A stretch of DNA of 60,002 bases. It comes from an uncultured Gemmatimonadaceae bacterium (GTDB lineage: Bacteria > Gemmatimonadota > Gemmatimonadetes > Longimicrobiales > Gaopeijiaceae). Positions 23,879 through 34,148 of this stretch are shown in pieces. Position 1 is the first letter of the stretch; each line of letters begins with the position of its first letter. A program made the translations under genes and the position numbers. The stretch lies in assembly GCA_964409525.1 (NCBI GenBank), contig CAYPDV010000002.1:4047-64048 (forward strand), written 5' to 3'. The notes beneath the pieces are model-generated. The model was not told where the DNA came from, ran no database searches, and worked only from the letters and a program-made list of their open reading frames with translations.

Positions 23879-26800
23879 CTAGTCGCCCGCGGGCGCCCGC
23901 TCCGGCGTACCGACAGGCAGTCCGTCGATCGGGGGCTCGGCGGCGGACGGGGTGGCGCCCACGAGCCACGCCGTCAGCCGCTCGGCTCCGCCGTTCAGGA
24001 CCACGTAGGCGCTCGGGACGACGAAGAGCGTCAGGAGCATCGAGACGCTCAGCCCCCCGACCACGGCGATCGCGAGGGGCTGCATGAGCTCCGAGCCCTG
24101 GCCGATGCCGAGCGCGAGTGGAAGCATCCCGCACGCGGTGCTGAGCGTCGTCATCAGGATCGGCCGGAGCCGCACGACCCCGGCCTCCACCACCGCCTCC
24201 TCCGGTGAGAGGCCGCGGCTGCGGCCGTCCTCGACGTACTCCACCAGCAGGATGGCGTTGTTCACCACGATCCCCGCGAGAAGGATGACCCCCAGCAGGA
24301 CCGGCGCGCTCATCGGGGTGCCCGTGACCCAGAGCGCCCCCCCGACCCCCACCAGCGAGAGCGGGATCGCGAAGAGGATCACGAAGGGGTTCACGAAGCT
24401 CTCGTACTGCACGGCCATCGCCACGAAGACGAGGAAGACGGCGAGCAGCACCACGATCGCGAGCTGACGGTTGTTCTCGCGGATCGCCTCCTCCTCACCA
24501 CCGTAGAGGACGGCATAGCCCTCGGGCAGCTCGAGCGAGGCGAGGCGGGCGCGGATCGAGTCGTTCACCGCTCCCACGCTCGCCACCTCGGTGATCACGT
24601 CGCCGGTGAGCTGGAAGACCCGGTTCTGGTTCTCCCGGGAGATGCTCGTCGGCCCGAGCACCGTACGCACCGTCGCGACGTCGCGCAGATGGATCGGCCC
24701 TCCGCCGGCGCCACCGGGGAAGAGCGCCACCGAGCCGATGTCCTCGGGGCTGGTGAAGCGCTCCCGGGGCAGCATGACCCGGAGGTCGTACTCCTGGTTG
24801 CCCGAGGTGTAGCGGGTGGCGACGGTGCCGTCGAGCGCGGTGCGGAGCGTCTGTCCGACCTGCGCTACGTCGAGGCCGAGGTGGGAGGCCCGCTCCCGGT
24901 CGAGCTGGATCGAGAGCTGCGGGGTCGCCTCCTCGGCGGAGGGCTCGAGGTTCTCGAGGCCCGGCACGCCCTGTACCTGAAAGGCGATCTCCTCGGCGAT
25001 CCGGCGGAGCTCGTCCAGGTCGTCGCCCTGGATCTTCAGAGCGATCGCCGAACCCGACGACGAGGTCCGGAGCCCGCGGATCCTCGGTGGGCGCACGAAG
25101 ACGCGCGCGCCGGGGAAGCCCCGCTCGTCGATGCGCTCCTGGAGGGTCTGGACCCACCCCTCCGCGCTGATCCCCCGCTCCGAGGGGGGCTCGAGCACGA
25201 CGTCGAGCGATCCGCGGCCGGCTCGCTCGCTGGTCGAGCCGCCCCAGAGAAAGCCTCCGGCGGTCGCGAAGACGCTCCGGACGCCGGGCATCTCCCGCAC
25301 CATCTCCTCGATCTCGAGCGTGATGCGGTTCGTCTCCTCGGCGGACGCCCCCGGCGGGAGCCCGACGAAGGCGCCGACGTTCCCGTCGTCGACCTGTGGA
25401 AGGAACTCGTTGCCGAGATCCTTGACCAGGAAGAGGGAGAGCCCGAGCGCGCCCGCGCCGGCTCCCAGCACCGCCCACCTCCACCGGACGGTGACCGGTG
25501 CGACGTTCCGGTAGAGGCCGCGGAGCCGCGCGATGAAGGCGTCGAAGGCGCGGAGCGGACCCCGGGCGCCGATCCCGCTCCGGAAGCGCACCTTCGCGAG
25601 CTGTGCCGAGAGCATGGGAACGACCGTCAGCGCCACGAGGAGCGACGCGAGGATCGCGAAGGAGATCGTGAGGATCAGCTCGCGGAAGATGAGCGCCGCG
25701 AGGCCGCTGATCAGGAGGAACGGGAGCACGGCCGCCAGGTTCGTGACCGTGGCGGCCACGACGGCGCTCTGCACCTCCGACGCTCCCTCGTGCGCGGCCT
25801 CCTCCGGGTCCTCCGTCCCCAGCTCGTCCCGGTGCCGGAAGATGTTCTCCAGCATCACGATCGAGTTGTCGATCAGGAGCCCGATCCCGAGGGCGAGCCC
25901 GCCCAGGCTCATGATGTTCAGGGTCAGGTTCCCGAGCGACATCCCCATGAAGGTCGCGAGGAGGGCGATCGGGATGGCGAGCCCGATCACGAACGTCTTG
26001 CGGAGCGAGCCGAGGAAGAAGAGGACGACGAACATCGCGAGGACTCCGCCCGCGATGGCAGCATTGCGGACCGAGCTCACGGAGCTCCGGATGAAGCCCG
26101 CCTGGTTCTGGAGCGTCTGGTGCTGGATGTCGTCCGGGATGAAGCCTGAGGTCGAGAGCGCCTCGAGCCGCTCATGCAGCTCGTCGCCGACCTCGACGGT
26201 GTTCGCGTTCGGCTGCTTCCGGACGGAGAGCTTGACCGCCGGCACGCCGTCCAGCCGCGCCCACAGACGCTGCTCGCGGCTCCCGTCGTGGATCTCGGCG
26301 ACCTCGGTGAGGGGCACGCGTCCACCCGCCACCGGAAGGAGCACGGCGCGCACGTCGTCGACGTCGCGGAACCGACCCGCCGTCACGCCCACGATCTCAC
26401 GGGTGGGCGAGGACACCCGCCCCGCGGCCACGTCCTGGTTCTCCGCGCGGAGCTGGGCGATGACCTGCGAAACGGTGAGGCCGTACGAGCGGAGCCGCTC
26501 CTGATCGAGCTCGACCTGGATCTCGCGCACGAGCCCGCCCGCGATGTCGACCGACGCGACCCCCTCGACGGTCAGGAGCTGCGGCCGCAGCCGGTTCTCC
26601 ACCCAGTCGCGGAGTGAGACGAGGTCCCGGGCCTCCGAGGAGAAGGCGACCTCGTAGACCGGGATCTGCTGTGGATCGAACTTGAAGATCGTGGGCGGAG
26701 CCGCCTCCTCTGGAAGGGCGCCCCGGGCGCGCTCCAGGTTCTTGGCGGCGTCCTGGAGGGCGAAGTCGATGTCCGTCCCGTACGAGAAGTGGAGGTTCAC

Positions 26801-27100
26801 CCCCACCCGCCCCTCCTCGATCTCCGTCTCCATGCGCACGAGGTTCTCGGTGGTGGAGAGCGCCGCCTCCAGCGGCTTCGCCACCGTTTCCTCGAGCACC
26901 TCCGGCTCGACTCCGGGGTTGCTGACCCCCGCCCGGATCTGCGGATAGACGATGCTCGGGAGCAGGTCGAGCGGGAGGCCCGAGGCGAAGAAGAGCCCCA
27001 GCACGATCACGACGGAGGTGAGCGTGAGGGTGCCGACCGGTCGTCGGATCGCGAGGCTCGGAAGTCCGCGGCGCTCGCCGTCCCGCGGGCCGTCGCTCAC
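23879..27100 (-). CDS. RND efflux transporter, inner-membrane pump (AcrB/HAE1-like)
   Basis: 1073 aa. N-terminal AIRRPVGTLTLTSVVIVLG, 12-TM layout with two large periplasmic loops, typical of the AcrB family. Confidence 0.93.
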   Translation of the reverse strand: MSDGPRDGERRGLPSLAIRRPVGTLTLTSVVIVLGLFFASGLPLDLLPSIVYPQIRAGVSNPGVEPEVLEETVAKPLEAALSTTENLVRMETEIEEGRVGVNLHFSYGTDIDFALQDAAKNLERARGALPEEAAPPTIFKFDPQQIPVYEVAFSSEARDLVSLRDWVENRLRPQLLTVEGVASVDIAGGLVREIQVELDQERLRSYGLTVSQVIAQLRAENQDVAAGRVSSPTREIVGVTAGRFRDVDDVRAVLLPVAGGRVPLTEVAEIHDGSREQRLWARLDGVPAVKLSVRKQPNANTVEVGDELHERLEALSTSGFIPDDIQHQTLQNQAGFIRSSVSSVRNAAIAGGVLAMFVVLFFLGSLRKTFVIGLAIPIALLATFMGMSLGNLTLNIMSLGGLALGIGLLIDNSIVMLENIFRHRDELGTEDPEEAAHEGASEVQSAVVAATVTNLAAVLPFLLISGLAALIFRELILTISFAILASLLVALTVVPMLSAQLAKVRFRSGIGARGPLRAFDAFIARLRGLYRNVAPVTVRWRWAVLGAGAGALGLSLFLVKDLGNEFLPQVDDGNVGAFVGLPPGASAEETNRITLEIEEMVREMPGVRSVFATAGGFLWGGSTSERAGRGSLDVVLEPPSERGISAEGWVQTLQERIDERGFPGARVFVRPPRIRGLRTSSSGSAIALKIQGDDLDELRRIAEEIAFQVQGVPGLENLEPSAEEATPQLSIQLDRERASHLGLDVAQVGQTLRTALDGTVATRYTSGNQEYDLRVMLPRERFTSPEDIGSVALFPGGAGGGPIHLRDVATVRTVLGPTSISRENQNRVFQLTGDVITEVASVGAVNDSIRARLASLELPEGYAVLYGGEEEAIRENNRQLAIVVLLAVFLVFVAMAVQYESFVNPFVILFAIPLSLVGVGGALWVTGTPMSAPVLLGVILLAGIVVNNAILLVEYVEDGRSRGLSPEEAVVEAGVVRLRPILMTTLSTACGMLPLALGIGQGSELMQPLAIAVVGGLSVSMLLTLFVVPSAYVVLNGGAERLTAWLVGATPSAAEPPIDGLPVGTPERAPAGD

Positions 27101-28227
27101 GGCCCCTCCACGTCGTCCGGGGCGCTGATGCGGACCGGTGCGCCCTCCCGGAGCGAGTGGTTCCCGGCCACCACGACCCGTTCCCCCGCCTCGAGACCCT
27201 GGACGACCTCCACCCGGCCGCGGCTCGTGAGCCCCGTCGAGACCGTGCGCCGGACGGCGCGGCCGTCCTCGACCACGAAGACGACCTGGGAGCCCGAGCC
27301 GCCCACGATCGCCGATGCCGGCACGAGGAGCACCCCGTCGCGGGCGTCGAGCGAGAAGGTCACCCGGGCCAGGAATCCGGGTCGCGCTCCGACGGCCTGG
27401 TCGGGGCGGAGCGCGACCTCGACCGGAACGAGGCGGGTGGAGGGGTCGGCGGAGGGGAGGACCCGGCGGATCCGGCCCGGCACGCTCGCACCCGGAAAGG
27501 CGTCCAGCGACACCGTGGCGGGATCGCCCACCGTGAGCTCCACCACGTCCATCTCGGAGACACCGACCCGGACGACCAGAGTCGAGACGTCGGCCACGCT
27601 GAAGAGCCGGGTCTGGACGCCGACGGCGTCACCGGCTTCGACGAGCTTCTCCGTCACGACCCCGTCGATGGGTGCGGTCACGTTCGTGTAGCCGATGCGC
27701 GCCCGGAGCTGATCGCGCTGCGCGCGCGCCGCCGTGTAGGCGGTGCGGTCGCGCTCGTACTCCGGCAGCGTGATCACCTGCCGCTCGTGGAGCTGCTCCG
27801 CTCGCTGGAACGCCGCTTCGCTGACGTCGTACGCCGCTTCGGCGGCCTCGAGCTGGGCACGGAGCTCCCGGTCGTCGAATGTCGCGAGCGTCCGGCCCCG
27901 GCGGACGGCGGTACCCTCTTCGACGGTGACCGAGCGGAGCTGACCCGAGACCTGGCTGTTCACCGCGACGGTGCGGATCGGCTCGACCACTCCCGTGACG
28001 GCCACGGAGCGGGCGATCGACCCGATCTCCGCCGACTCGACCGCCACCGGCACTGCCCGCCGCTGGGGTCCGGCTTCGGAGCCGCCCTCGGCATCGGCGC
28101 CGTCGGAGCCGATCTCGCTCCCGTCGGCGCCTCCACACCCGGCGAGGAGGGTCCCGGCGAACACCAGGACGAGGGCAGCCGCAGAGGCCGCGCCCACCCT
28201 CTCGGGGAATCGTCTCCGGACGCTCAC
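27097..28227 (-). CDS. RND efflux periplasmic adaptor (membrane fusion protein)
   Basis: 376 aa from GTG 28227 (GTGA overlap with tolC). Lipobox-like LLAGCGG, a coiled-coil hairpin and the TAPIDGVV lipoyl motif. The upstream part of ORF 27097..29832 is an artefact. Confidence 0.88.
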   Translation of the reverse strand: MSVRRRFPERVGAASAAALVLVFAGTLLAGCGGADGSEIGSDGADAEGGSEAGPQRRAVPVAVESAEIGSIARSVAVTGVVEPIRTVAVNSQVSGQLRSVTVEEGTAVRRGRTLATFDDRELRAQLEAAEAAYDVSEAAFQRAEQLHERQVITLPEYERDRTAYTAARAQRDQLRARIGYTNVTAPIDGVVTEKLVEAGDAVGVQTRLFSVADVSTLVVRVGVSEMDVVELTVGDPATVSLDAFPGASVPGRIRRVLPSADPSTRLVPVEVALRPDQAVGARPGFLARVTFSLDARDGVLLVPASAIVGGSGSQVVFVVEDGRAVRRTVSTGLTSRGRVEVVQGLEAGERVVVAGNHSLREGAPVRISAPDDVEGP

Positions 28228-29636
28228 CGCTCCTCCCTCGCCACGAGCCCTTCTCCCAGGATCGACTCGAGCCTCGCCACCTCCGTGCCGAGCGCCTGCC
28301 GCGCCCGGATCGCCGCCGCCTCCGCGTCGGCCAGACCGACCTGGGAGGTCTGCAGGTCGACGATGGTCGCCGTGCCGAACTGATACCGCTCCTCCAGGAC
28401 CCGGAGGTCCTCGCGTGCGAGCTCTACGGCGCGGTCCGAGATCGCTACCCTCCGCTCGGCGAGCTCCACGTCGCCGGCCGCCGTCTCCACCTCGGCGCGC
28501 GCCCGGAGGCGCACGTCCCGCGCGGTCGCCTCGGCCGTCCGCTCCGCCGCCGAGGCCCGCTGCAGCCCCGCCTCCCGCTGCATCCCGTCGAAGAGCGGGA
28601 GCGAGGCGATCAGGCGCAGGCTCCAGCTCTGCTGGTCGGGCGGGAACTCGAAGGAGAACCAGTCGTAGCCGCCGGAGAGTCGCACGGACGGAAGATACGG
28701 CGTGTACGCCGCCAGACGCGCCGCACGCCGGCTGCTCCGGACCGCCTCCGCCGCCGTGACCGACGGCGACGCCGCCTCGGCCCTGCGGACCAGCTCCTCG
28801 AGCGGCGGCAGGGAGGGCGCGGTCTCGGACAGGGCGGCCGGAGCCGGATGGACCTCGCCCTCCTCTCCGATGCGTCGCCCCAGCTCGAGCGTCGCCCGGC
28901 GGAGGCTCGCCTCCCCTTCCAGCACCGCCAGCTCGGCGTCGCCCACCTCCATCTCCGCCCGGAGCACGTCCGATCGGGTGGCAGTTCCCAGCTCCAGGCG
29001 GCTCTCCGCGAAGTCGAGCTGCTGGCGGGCCCGCTCCAGCCGCTGCGCCGCCGCGCCGAGCAGGTCGGTCGCCGCGGCGGCCTCGTAGAAGGTGCGGGTC
29101 GTCTCGAGGGCCGTGTTGAACCGCTGCGCCCGGTGATCCGCCTCCGCCGCGTCCATCTCGGCACCGACGATCCGGTTGCGGGCGAGCCGCCGGCCACCCG
29201 AGAAGATCTCGTAGCTCGCCTGGAGCTGCGCCGTATAGTTCTCGGAGACGAGCTGACCGGTCGTCTGGTCGAGTCGCTCGTTGCTCGAGTTGCCGTAGAT
29301 CCCATTCGCGGTGAAGGAGGGGAGCCACGCTCCACGCGCCTCGAGCCGGTCGGCGCGCGCCGAGGAGACCGCCGAGCGCGAGCCGACCATCTCCGGGCTC
29401 CGCTCCTCCGCCAGCCGGATCGCCTCCGCGAGCGTGACCACCCGGCGCGCCGCGTCCTGCGGATCCTCGACGGTCGACCGCTCCGTGCCCGCCGTCGGCT
29501 CCTGCGCCGCGACCGCCGCGGCGGCGGCGGAAACGAGCGGGAGGAGCACGGCGAGCAGGAGGGGCGCGACGAGGGGGAGGAGCGCGGCGAGGGAAACGGC
29601 ATCGAGCCGGGGTGCCGCGTCGCGGGGATGATCCAT
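28224..29636 (-). CDS. TolC-family outer-membrane efflux protein
   Basis: 470 aa. Signal peptide, then a repeated alpha-helical/beta-barrel pattern (LTLAEAIRLAEERSPE..., ...NYTAQLQASYEIFSGG...). Confidence 0.88.
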   Translation of the reverse strand: MDHPRDAAPRLDAVSLAALLPLVAPLLLAVLLPLVSAAAAAVAAQEPTAGTERSTVEDPQDAARRVVTLAEAIRLAEERSPEMVGSRSAVSSARADRLEARGAWLPSFTANGIYGNSSNERLDQTTGQLVSENYTAQLQASYEIFSGGRRLARNRIVGAEMDAAEADHRAQRFNTALETTRTFYEAAAATDLLGAAAQRLERARQQLDFAESRLELGTATRSDVLRAEMEVGDAELAVLEGEASLRRATLELGRRIGEEGEVHPAPAALSETAPSLPPLEELVRRAEAASPSVTAAEAVRSSRRAARLAAYTPYLPSVRLSGGYDWFSFEFPPDQQSWSLRLIASLPLFDGMQREAGLQRASAAERTAEATARDVRLRARAEVETAAGDVELAERRVAISDRAVELAREDLRVLEERYQFGTATIVDLQTSQVGLADAEAAAIRARQALGTEVARLESILGEGLVAREER

Positions 29637-29819
29637 CGGGCGGGTCGGGTGGTTGCGCCTCCCCCGCTCGCGCGGGGGGGACCGGTGAAGCGATTCCGGG
29701 GCTACCCGCTAGAGACTCCGGGCGGAACCGAAACGTTGAGGTGGGAACCCCCCACGGGCCCGATCCTTGCGCCGCCTCCCCGACGATCGGAGGCGACCCG
29801 GGCGGAGCGAAGACGGCGG

Positions 29820-30335
29820 ATGCGAGCGGCACCCAAGCGGACCTGGACGGCGATCGTGGCTCTCTCGGCCGCCGTGGCGTGCGTCGACACGGGAGCCCCG
29901 GACCGGGCGGAGGTCACCGGCGACGCCGCCGCCGCCCACGTCCCGATCGAGCTCGCCGGGCCGGGCGGCGCGGCGCTCCTCGTGCCCGTCCACCTGAACG
30001 GCGAGGGTCCGCACGACTTCATCCTCGACACGGGGGCCACGATGACGTGCGTCGACGCGGAGCTGGCCGAGAGTCTCGAGCTCGAGGAGGAGGGGGGGCG
30101 GCTGGGAATGGGGGTCGGAGTGGGACAGGAGCTCGGCTCGGTCCGCGTGGTGCGGATCGACTCGCTCCGCGTCGGGGAATCGGTCGCGGAGGGGATCTCC
30201 GCCTGCGCGCTCGATCTGGAGCAGTTCCGGAGCGCGGGGTTGGACGTGCGGGGTCTGCTCGGCCTCAACTTCCTGAAGTCCTTCCGGATGACCCTCGACT
30301 TCGAGGAGGGGCGGCTCGAGCTGGAAGAGCGCTGA
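29820..30335 (+). CDS. Retropepsin-like (clan AA) aspartyl protease lipoprotein
   Basis: 171 aa from ATG 29820. Lipobox LSAAVAC. Catalytic FILDTGAT motif. C-terminal GLLGLNFL flap/dimer motif. Confidence 0.75.
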   Translation: MRAAPKRTWTAIVALSAAVACVDTGAPDRAEVTGDAAAAHVPIELAGPGGAALLVPVHLNGEGPHDFILDTGATMTCVDAELAESLELEEEGGRLGMGVGVGQELGSVRVVRIDSLRVGESVAEGISACALDLEQFRSAGLDVRGLLGLNFLKSFRMTLDFEEGRLELEER

Positions 30336-30336
30336 G

Positions 30337-31299
30337 GTGATGGCCTCTGCCTGGACGGTGGCCGGGTTCCTCGTGCTCGCGCTCCTCGTGGTGGACGTCT
30401 TCACGACGGCCTTCGACGCCCGGGGCACCGGCGGGCCGGTGGTCCGGCGTCTGAACCGGACGGTCTGGAGCTGCCTTCGACCGCTCCACCACCGCGTGCC
30501 CCGCCTCGGCTCGCGGATCCTCGAGAGCGGAGGCCCGCTGATGGCGATCGGCACGATCGTCACCTGGGCCGCGCTCCTCGTCCTCGGCTTCACCCTCGTC
30601 TACCTGCCCCACGTGCTCGACTTCCACTTCGAGGCCGGCGCTCCGGGAGGCCGGCTCCTCGAGGCGTTCTACTACAGCGGCATCCTGGCTTCCACGGTCG
30701 GGCTCGGAGACGTGGTGCCCCTGGAAGGCTGGACGCGCGTGCTCACGGTGGTGGAGGGGCTCGGCGGCTTCGCGCTGCTCACCGTGTCGACCAGCTACAT
30801 CCTGGCGGTGTACCGCGAGCAGTTGAGGACGCAGACGGTGGCCGCCCTGATCGACGTCCACCTCCGGGATCCCTCGAAGGTGCCGGATGAGGCAGGGAGC
30901 GGTGGTCCGGAGGCGGTGGCGGCGTGGGAGCGCGACGTGACCCCCGGACTCCTCCGGGTGATGGAGGCCCATTTCCACTACCCGGTGCTGCACTACTTCC
31001 GGCCGGGCGACCCCCGCCACGCGCTGCCGATCCAGGTGGCGCGGCTACACCGGTTCCACGAGGCCGTCCGCCGGGAAGCGGCGAACGGGTCGGAGTTCGC
31101 CCGGACGCTGACCGCCCATCCCGCCCACGTCGGCCTCCGGTCCGCCCTCGAGAAGTACCTCGAGGAGATCCACCGGCACTTCGTGCGGACCGACGGGGAC
31201 GAGGAGACGCCCGGAGACGAGGACGACGACCCCACGTCGAGGCGTCTGCACGAGCTCCTCCGGAACCTGGAGTGGGAGGAGCGGCACCTGGACGGGTGA
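30337..31299 (+). CDS. Potassium-channel-like ion transport protein (2-TM pore domain)
   Basis: 320 aa. The pore helix plus filter FYYSGILASTVGLGDVVP resembles T-V-G-Y-G-D, flanked by TM helices. The start is GTG 30337 or ATG 30340. Confidence 0.7.
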   Translation: MMASAWTVAGFLVLALLVVDVFTTAFDARGTGGPVVRRLNRTVWSCLRPLHHRVPRLGSRILESGGPLMAIGTIVTWAALLVLGFTLVYLPHVLDFHFEAGAPGGRLLEAFYYSGILASTVGLGDVVPLEGWTRVLTVVEGLGGFALLTVSTSYILAVYREQLRTQTVAALIDVHLRDPSKVPDEAGSGGPEAVAAWERDVTPGLLRVMEAHFHYPVLHYFRPGDPRHALPIQVARLHRFHEAVRREAANGSEFARTLTAHPAHVGLRSALEKYLEEIHRHFVRTDGDEETPGDEDDDPTSRRLHELLRNLEWEERHLDG

Positions 31300-31306
31300 G
31301 CGCGGC

Positions 31307-34147
31307 TCACCCGGTGCTCTGCATCGCCGCGGCCACCCCGTTCACGCTGAGGAACAGAGCCTCGCGGAGCCGGTCGGACGAGGAGTCCGCCCGCGCCCGC
31401 TCGAGGAGCTCGACCTGGAGGAGGTTCAGCACGTCGGTGTACGGATTGCGGAGGCGGATCGACTTCCGGATCACGGGATCTCCCTCCAGCAGGTCGTCCC
31501 GTCCGGTGATGTCGAGCAGGGCCTCCCGCGCACTGACGAAGTCGGCCCGGACGCGCTCCGCCACCTCCCCGCTCCCCTCCGGCGCGAGTCTCTGCACGTA
31601 CGCCTCGGCGATCGGCAGCCGCGCACGGGCCATCTCGCGCTCGGCGCTGTCGACGACGGTGCGCAGGAACTCCCACTCCTCGTAGAGCGACCGCAGGCGC
31701 TCCCGCTCGCTCCCGTCCAGTCCGCCGAGCGCCGCACCCGTCCCGTACCATCCCGGGGCGGTGAGGCGCACCTGCGTCCACGCGAAGACCCAGGGAATCG
31801 CCCGCAGGTCGTCGAACGAGACCTCGCCGCCGCCCCGGGAGACGGGCCGCGACGCGATCGGGAGCCGGCTGATCTGCTCGATGGGGGTGATGGCCGTGTA
31901 CCACGACCAGAAGGAGGGGTCGTCGATCAGCTCCCGGTACGCCTCCATCGACCGCCGGGCGAGCGGGTCGAGGATCTCCGCCGCGTCCTCCGGCATCGCG
32001 CGGGTCCGACCTCCTTCCCCCTCCGGCTCCGACGAGACCGTCCGCACGACCGCGTTCACCACCTGCTCGAGGTGCCGGCGCGCCAGATCGGCGATTCCGT
32101 ACCGGAACGAGATCACCTCGCCCTGCTCGGTGAAGCGGATCCGGCCGTTGTGCACCGAGGGGGGGGTGGCGAGGATCGCCCGGTTCGCCCGTCCGCCGCC
32201 GCGCCCGACGGTGCCGCCGCGGCCGTGGAAGAGCCGGAGGTCCACGTCGTGCTCCTTCGCCACCCGCCCGAGCTCGTCCTGGGCCCGGTGGAGCGCCCAG
32301 TTCGCCATCCAGTAGCCCCCGTCCTTGTTGCTGTCCGAGTAGCCGAGCATGATCTCCTGGAGCCCGCCTCGTGCCTCGAGCTGCTCGCGGTAGAGGGGGT
32401 GGCGGTAGAGGCGCCGGGTACGCTCTCCCGCCGCCCCGAGATCCTCCACGGTCTCGAAGAGCGGGACGAAGTCCACCGGACAGTCGACCGTGCCGTCACG
32501 GAGCCGCCAGAGGCCCGCCTCCTTCGCCAGGAGCATCGCCTCGAGCACGTCGCTCACCGAGTGCGTCATGCTCACGATGTACCCCCCCACCGAGCCGGGC
32601 TCCCGCTCGGCCGCCTCGCGCACCGCGCGGAAGGAGTCGAGAGTCCGCCCGACCTCGCTCGACGCTCGATCCGCTCCCAGGAGGGGGCGGGGGTTCCGGA
32701 GCTCCCGCTCGAGGAGGTCCAGTCGGGACTTCTCGTCGAGGGAGAAGTAGTCCTCCTCCACCCCGCCCCGCCGGAGCAGCTCGGCCAGCGCCTCCTCGTG
32801 CACCCTGCTGTGCTGCCGGACGTCGAGCGCCGCGAGGTGGAAGCCGAAGGCCCGGACCCGGTCCAGAGCGCGGGGCAGGCGACCGCGGCGGGCCACGGTC
32901 TCCAGGCCCACCTCCTCGAGGGCGTCCCGGAGGATCAGGAGGTCCGCCTCGAACGTCCGCGCATCGTAGGAAGACGCAGGCCCGTCCGGACCCTCGTCCG
33001 GCCCCGCGGCATCCGGGCGCTCGTCCGCCTCTCCGAGCAGCCGCCGCAGACGGATCATCATGTGGCTCACCTTCCGGCGGAACGGCTCGTGCCGATACGC
33101 CGTCTCCTCGGACTCCGGCAGCGGGACGCTCGCCTCGTCCCGCTCCAGCGATTCGCGGAGTGCCGCGGGTACGGGAAGCTGCCTTCCGGAGGCGCTCAGC
33201 TCGCCTCGCAGCTCCTCGAGGCCACGAAGGTGACCCCGGATCGCGGTCTCCCGCTGGAGGCGGAAGGTCCACCGCGTGACCTCCGGCGTGACGTTGGGAT
33301 TTCCGTCCCGGTCGCTCCCGATCCACGAACGGTAGCGGAGGAACGCGGGCACGTCCGGCCGCACGCCGTAGCACCTCTCCACGGCGCGACGCACGTCCTC
33401 CATGACGCGGGGGACGGCGTCCCAGATCACCCCACCGAGGAAGTGGAGGCCCTGCTCGACCTCGTCCCGGACGCCGGGCCGCTCCGCGCGGATCTCGTCG
33501 GTGGCCAGGAGCAGCGTGATCTCGCCGTAGATCGTGTCGAGGGCCTCCTCCTCCTCTTCCGGCGTGGCGTCGGCGCGGCGCAGGCGCGACAGGAGCTCGC
33601 CGATCCGCCGCTGCTTCTCGAGCACCGTCCCGCGGCGGGCCTCCGTCGGATGGGCGGTGAGCGTCGGCTGCACGTCGAGCCGGCGGAGGACGTCGAGGGC
33701 GCCTTCGAGCGGCACGCCCGCGTCCCGGAGCCCGGCGATCGACTCGCCGATCGACTCCGGCCGACCCGCCTCCGCGCCCCGCTCCCGGGCCCGGTCGCGG
33801 TTGATCCGGACGATCTCCTGCTTCTCTGCCTGGTTCACCAGGTGGAAGAAGGAGGCGAAGGCCCGCAGGAGCGCGACGAGCCCGTCCAGCTCGAGCGATC
33901 CGATCCTCTCCGCCGCCCGCGCCCGGAGCCGGGGGTCGCCCTCCGCCTCCGCCCGCTTGCAGAGACCCCGGAGCTCCTCCACCAGGTCGAGCATCTCCGG
34001 GCCGTGACGCTCCCGGACGGCCTGACCGAGCATCGCGCCGAGCATGTTCACGTGCCGGCTGAGGGGCCGGGAGATCCCCGTGCCCTCGGCCTCCACCTCC
34101 AGGCCCCGCCACGATCTCACCCCGTTCCCACGCTCTCCGCCCTCCAC
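31307..34147 (-). CDS. ppc: Phosphoenolpyruvate carboxylase
   Basis: 946 aa. TAHPTE motif, GYSDSNKDGG, FHGRGGTVGRGG and the C-terminal ...NGVAAAMQSTG are hallmark PEPC blocks. Confidence 0.95.
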   Translation of the reverse strand: MEGGERGNGVRSWRGLEVEAEGTGISRPLSRHVNMLGAMLGQAVRERHGPEMLDLVEELRGLCKRAEAEGDPRLRARAAERIGSLELDGLVALLRAFASFFHLVNQAEKQEIVRINRDRARERGAEAGRPESIGESIAGLRDAGVPLEGALDVLRRLDVQPTLTAHPTEARRGTVLEKQRRIGELLSRLRRADATPEEEEEALDTIYGEITLLLATDEIRAERPGVRDEVEQGLHFLGGVIWDAVPRVMEDVRRAVERCYGVRPDVPAFLRYRSWIGSDRDGNPNVTPEVTRWTFRLQRETAIRGHLRGLEELRGELSASGRQLPVPAALRESLERDEASVPLPESEETAYRHEPFRRKVSHMMIRLRRLLGEADERPDAAGPDEGPDGPASSYDARTFEADLLILRDALEEVGLETVARRGRLPRALDRVRAFGFHLAALDVRQHSRVHEEALAELLRRGGVEEDYFSLDEKSRLDLLERELRNPRPLLGADRASSEVGRTLDSFRAVREAAEREPGSVGGYIVSMTHSVSDVLEAMLLAKEAGLWRLRDGTVDCPVDFVPLFETVEDLGAAGERTRRLYRHPLYREQLEARGGLQEIMLGYSDSNKDGGYWMANWALHRAQDELGRVAKEHDVDLRLFHGRGGTVGRGGGRANRAILATPPSVHNGRIRFTEQGEVISFRYGIADLARRHLEQVVNAVVRTVSSEPEGEGGRTRAMPEDAAEILDPLARRSMEAYRELIDDPSFWSWYTAITPIEQISRLPIASRPVSRGGGEVSFDDLRAIPWVFAWTQVRLTAPGWYGTGAALGGLDGSERERLRSLYEEWEFLRTVVDSAEREMARARLPIAEAYVQRLAPEGSGEVAERVRADFVSAREALLDITGRDDLLEGDPVIRKSIRLRNPYTDVLNLLQVELLERARADSSSDRLREALFLSVNGVAAAMQSTG

Positions 34148-34148
34148 C

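Noticed and set aside
28228-29832. N-terminal 535 codons of ORF 27097..29832 as part of the membrane fusion protein
   Set aside because: The region overlaps the TolC-family gene in another frame and translates to R/G/P/A low complexity. The real MFP starts at GTG 28227 with a signal/lipobox.
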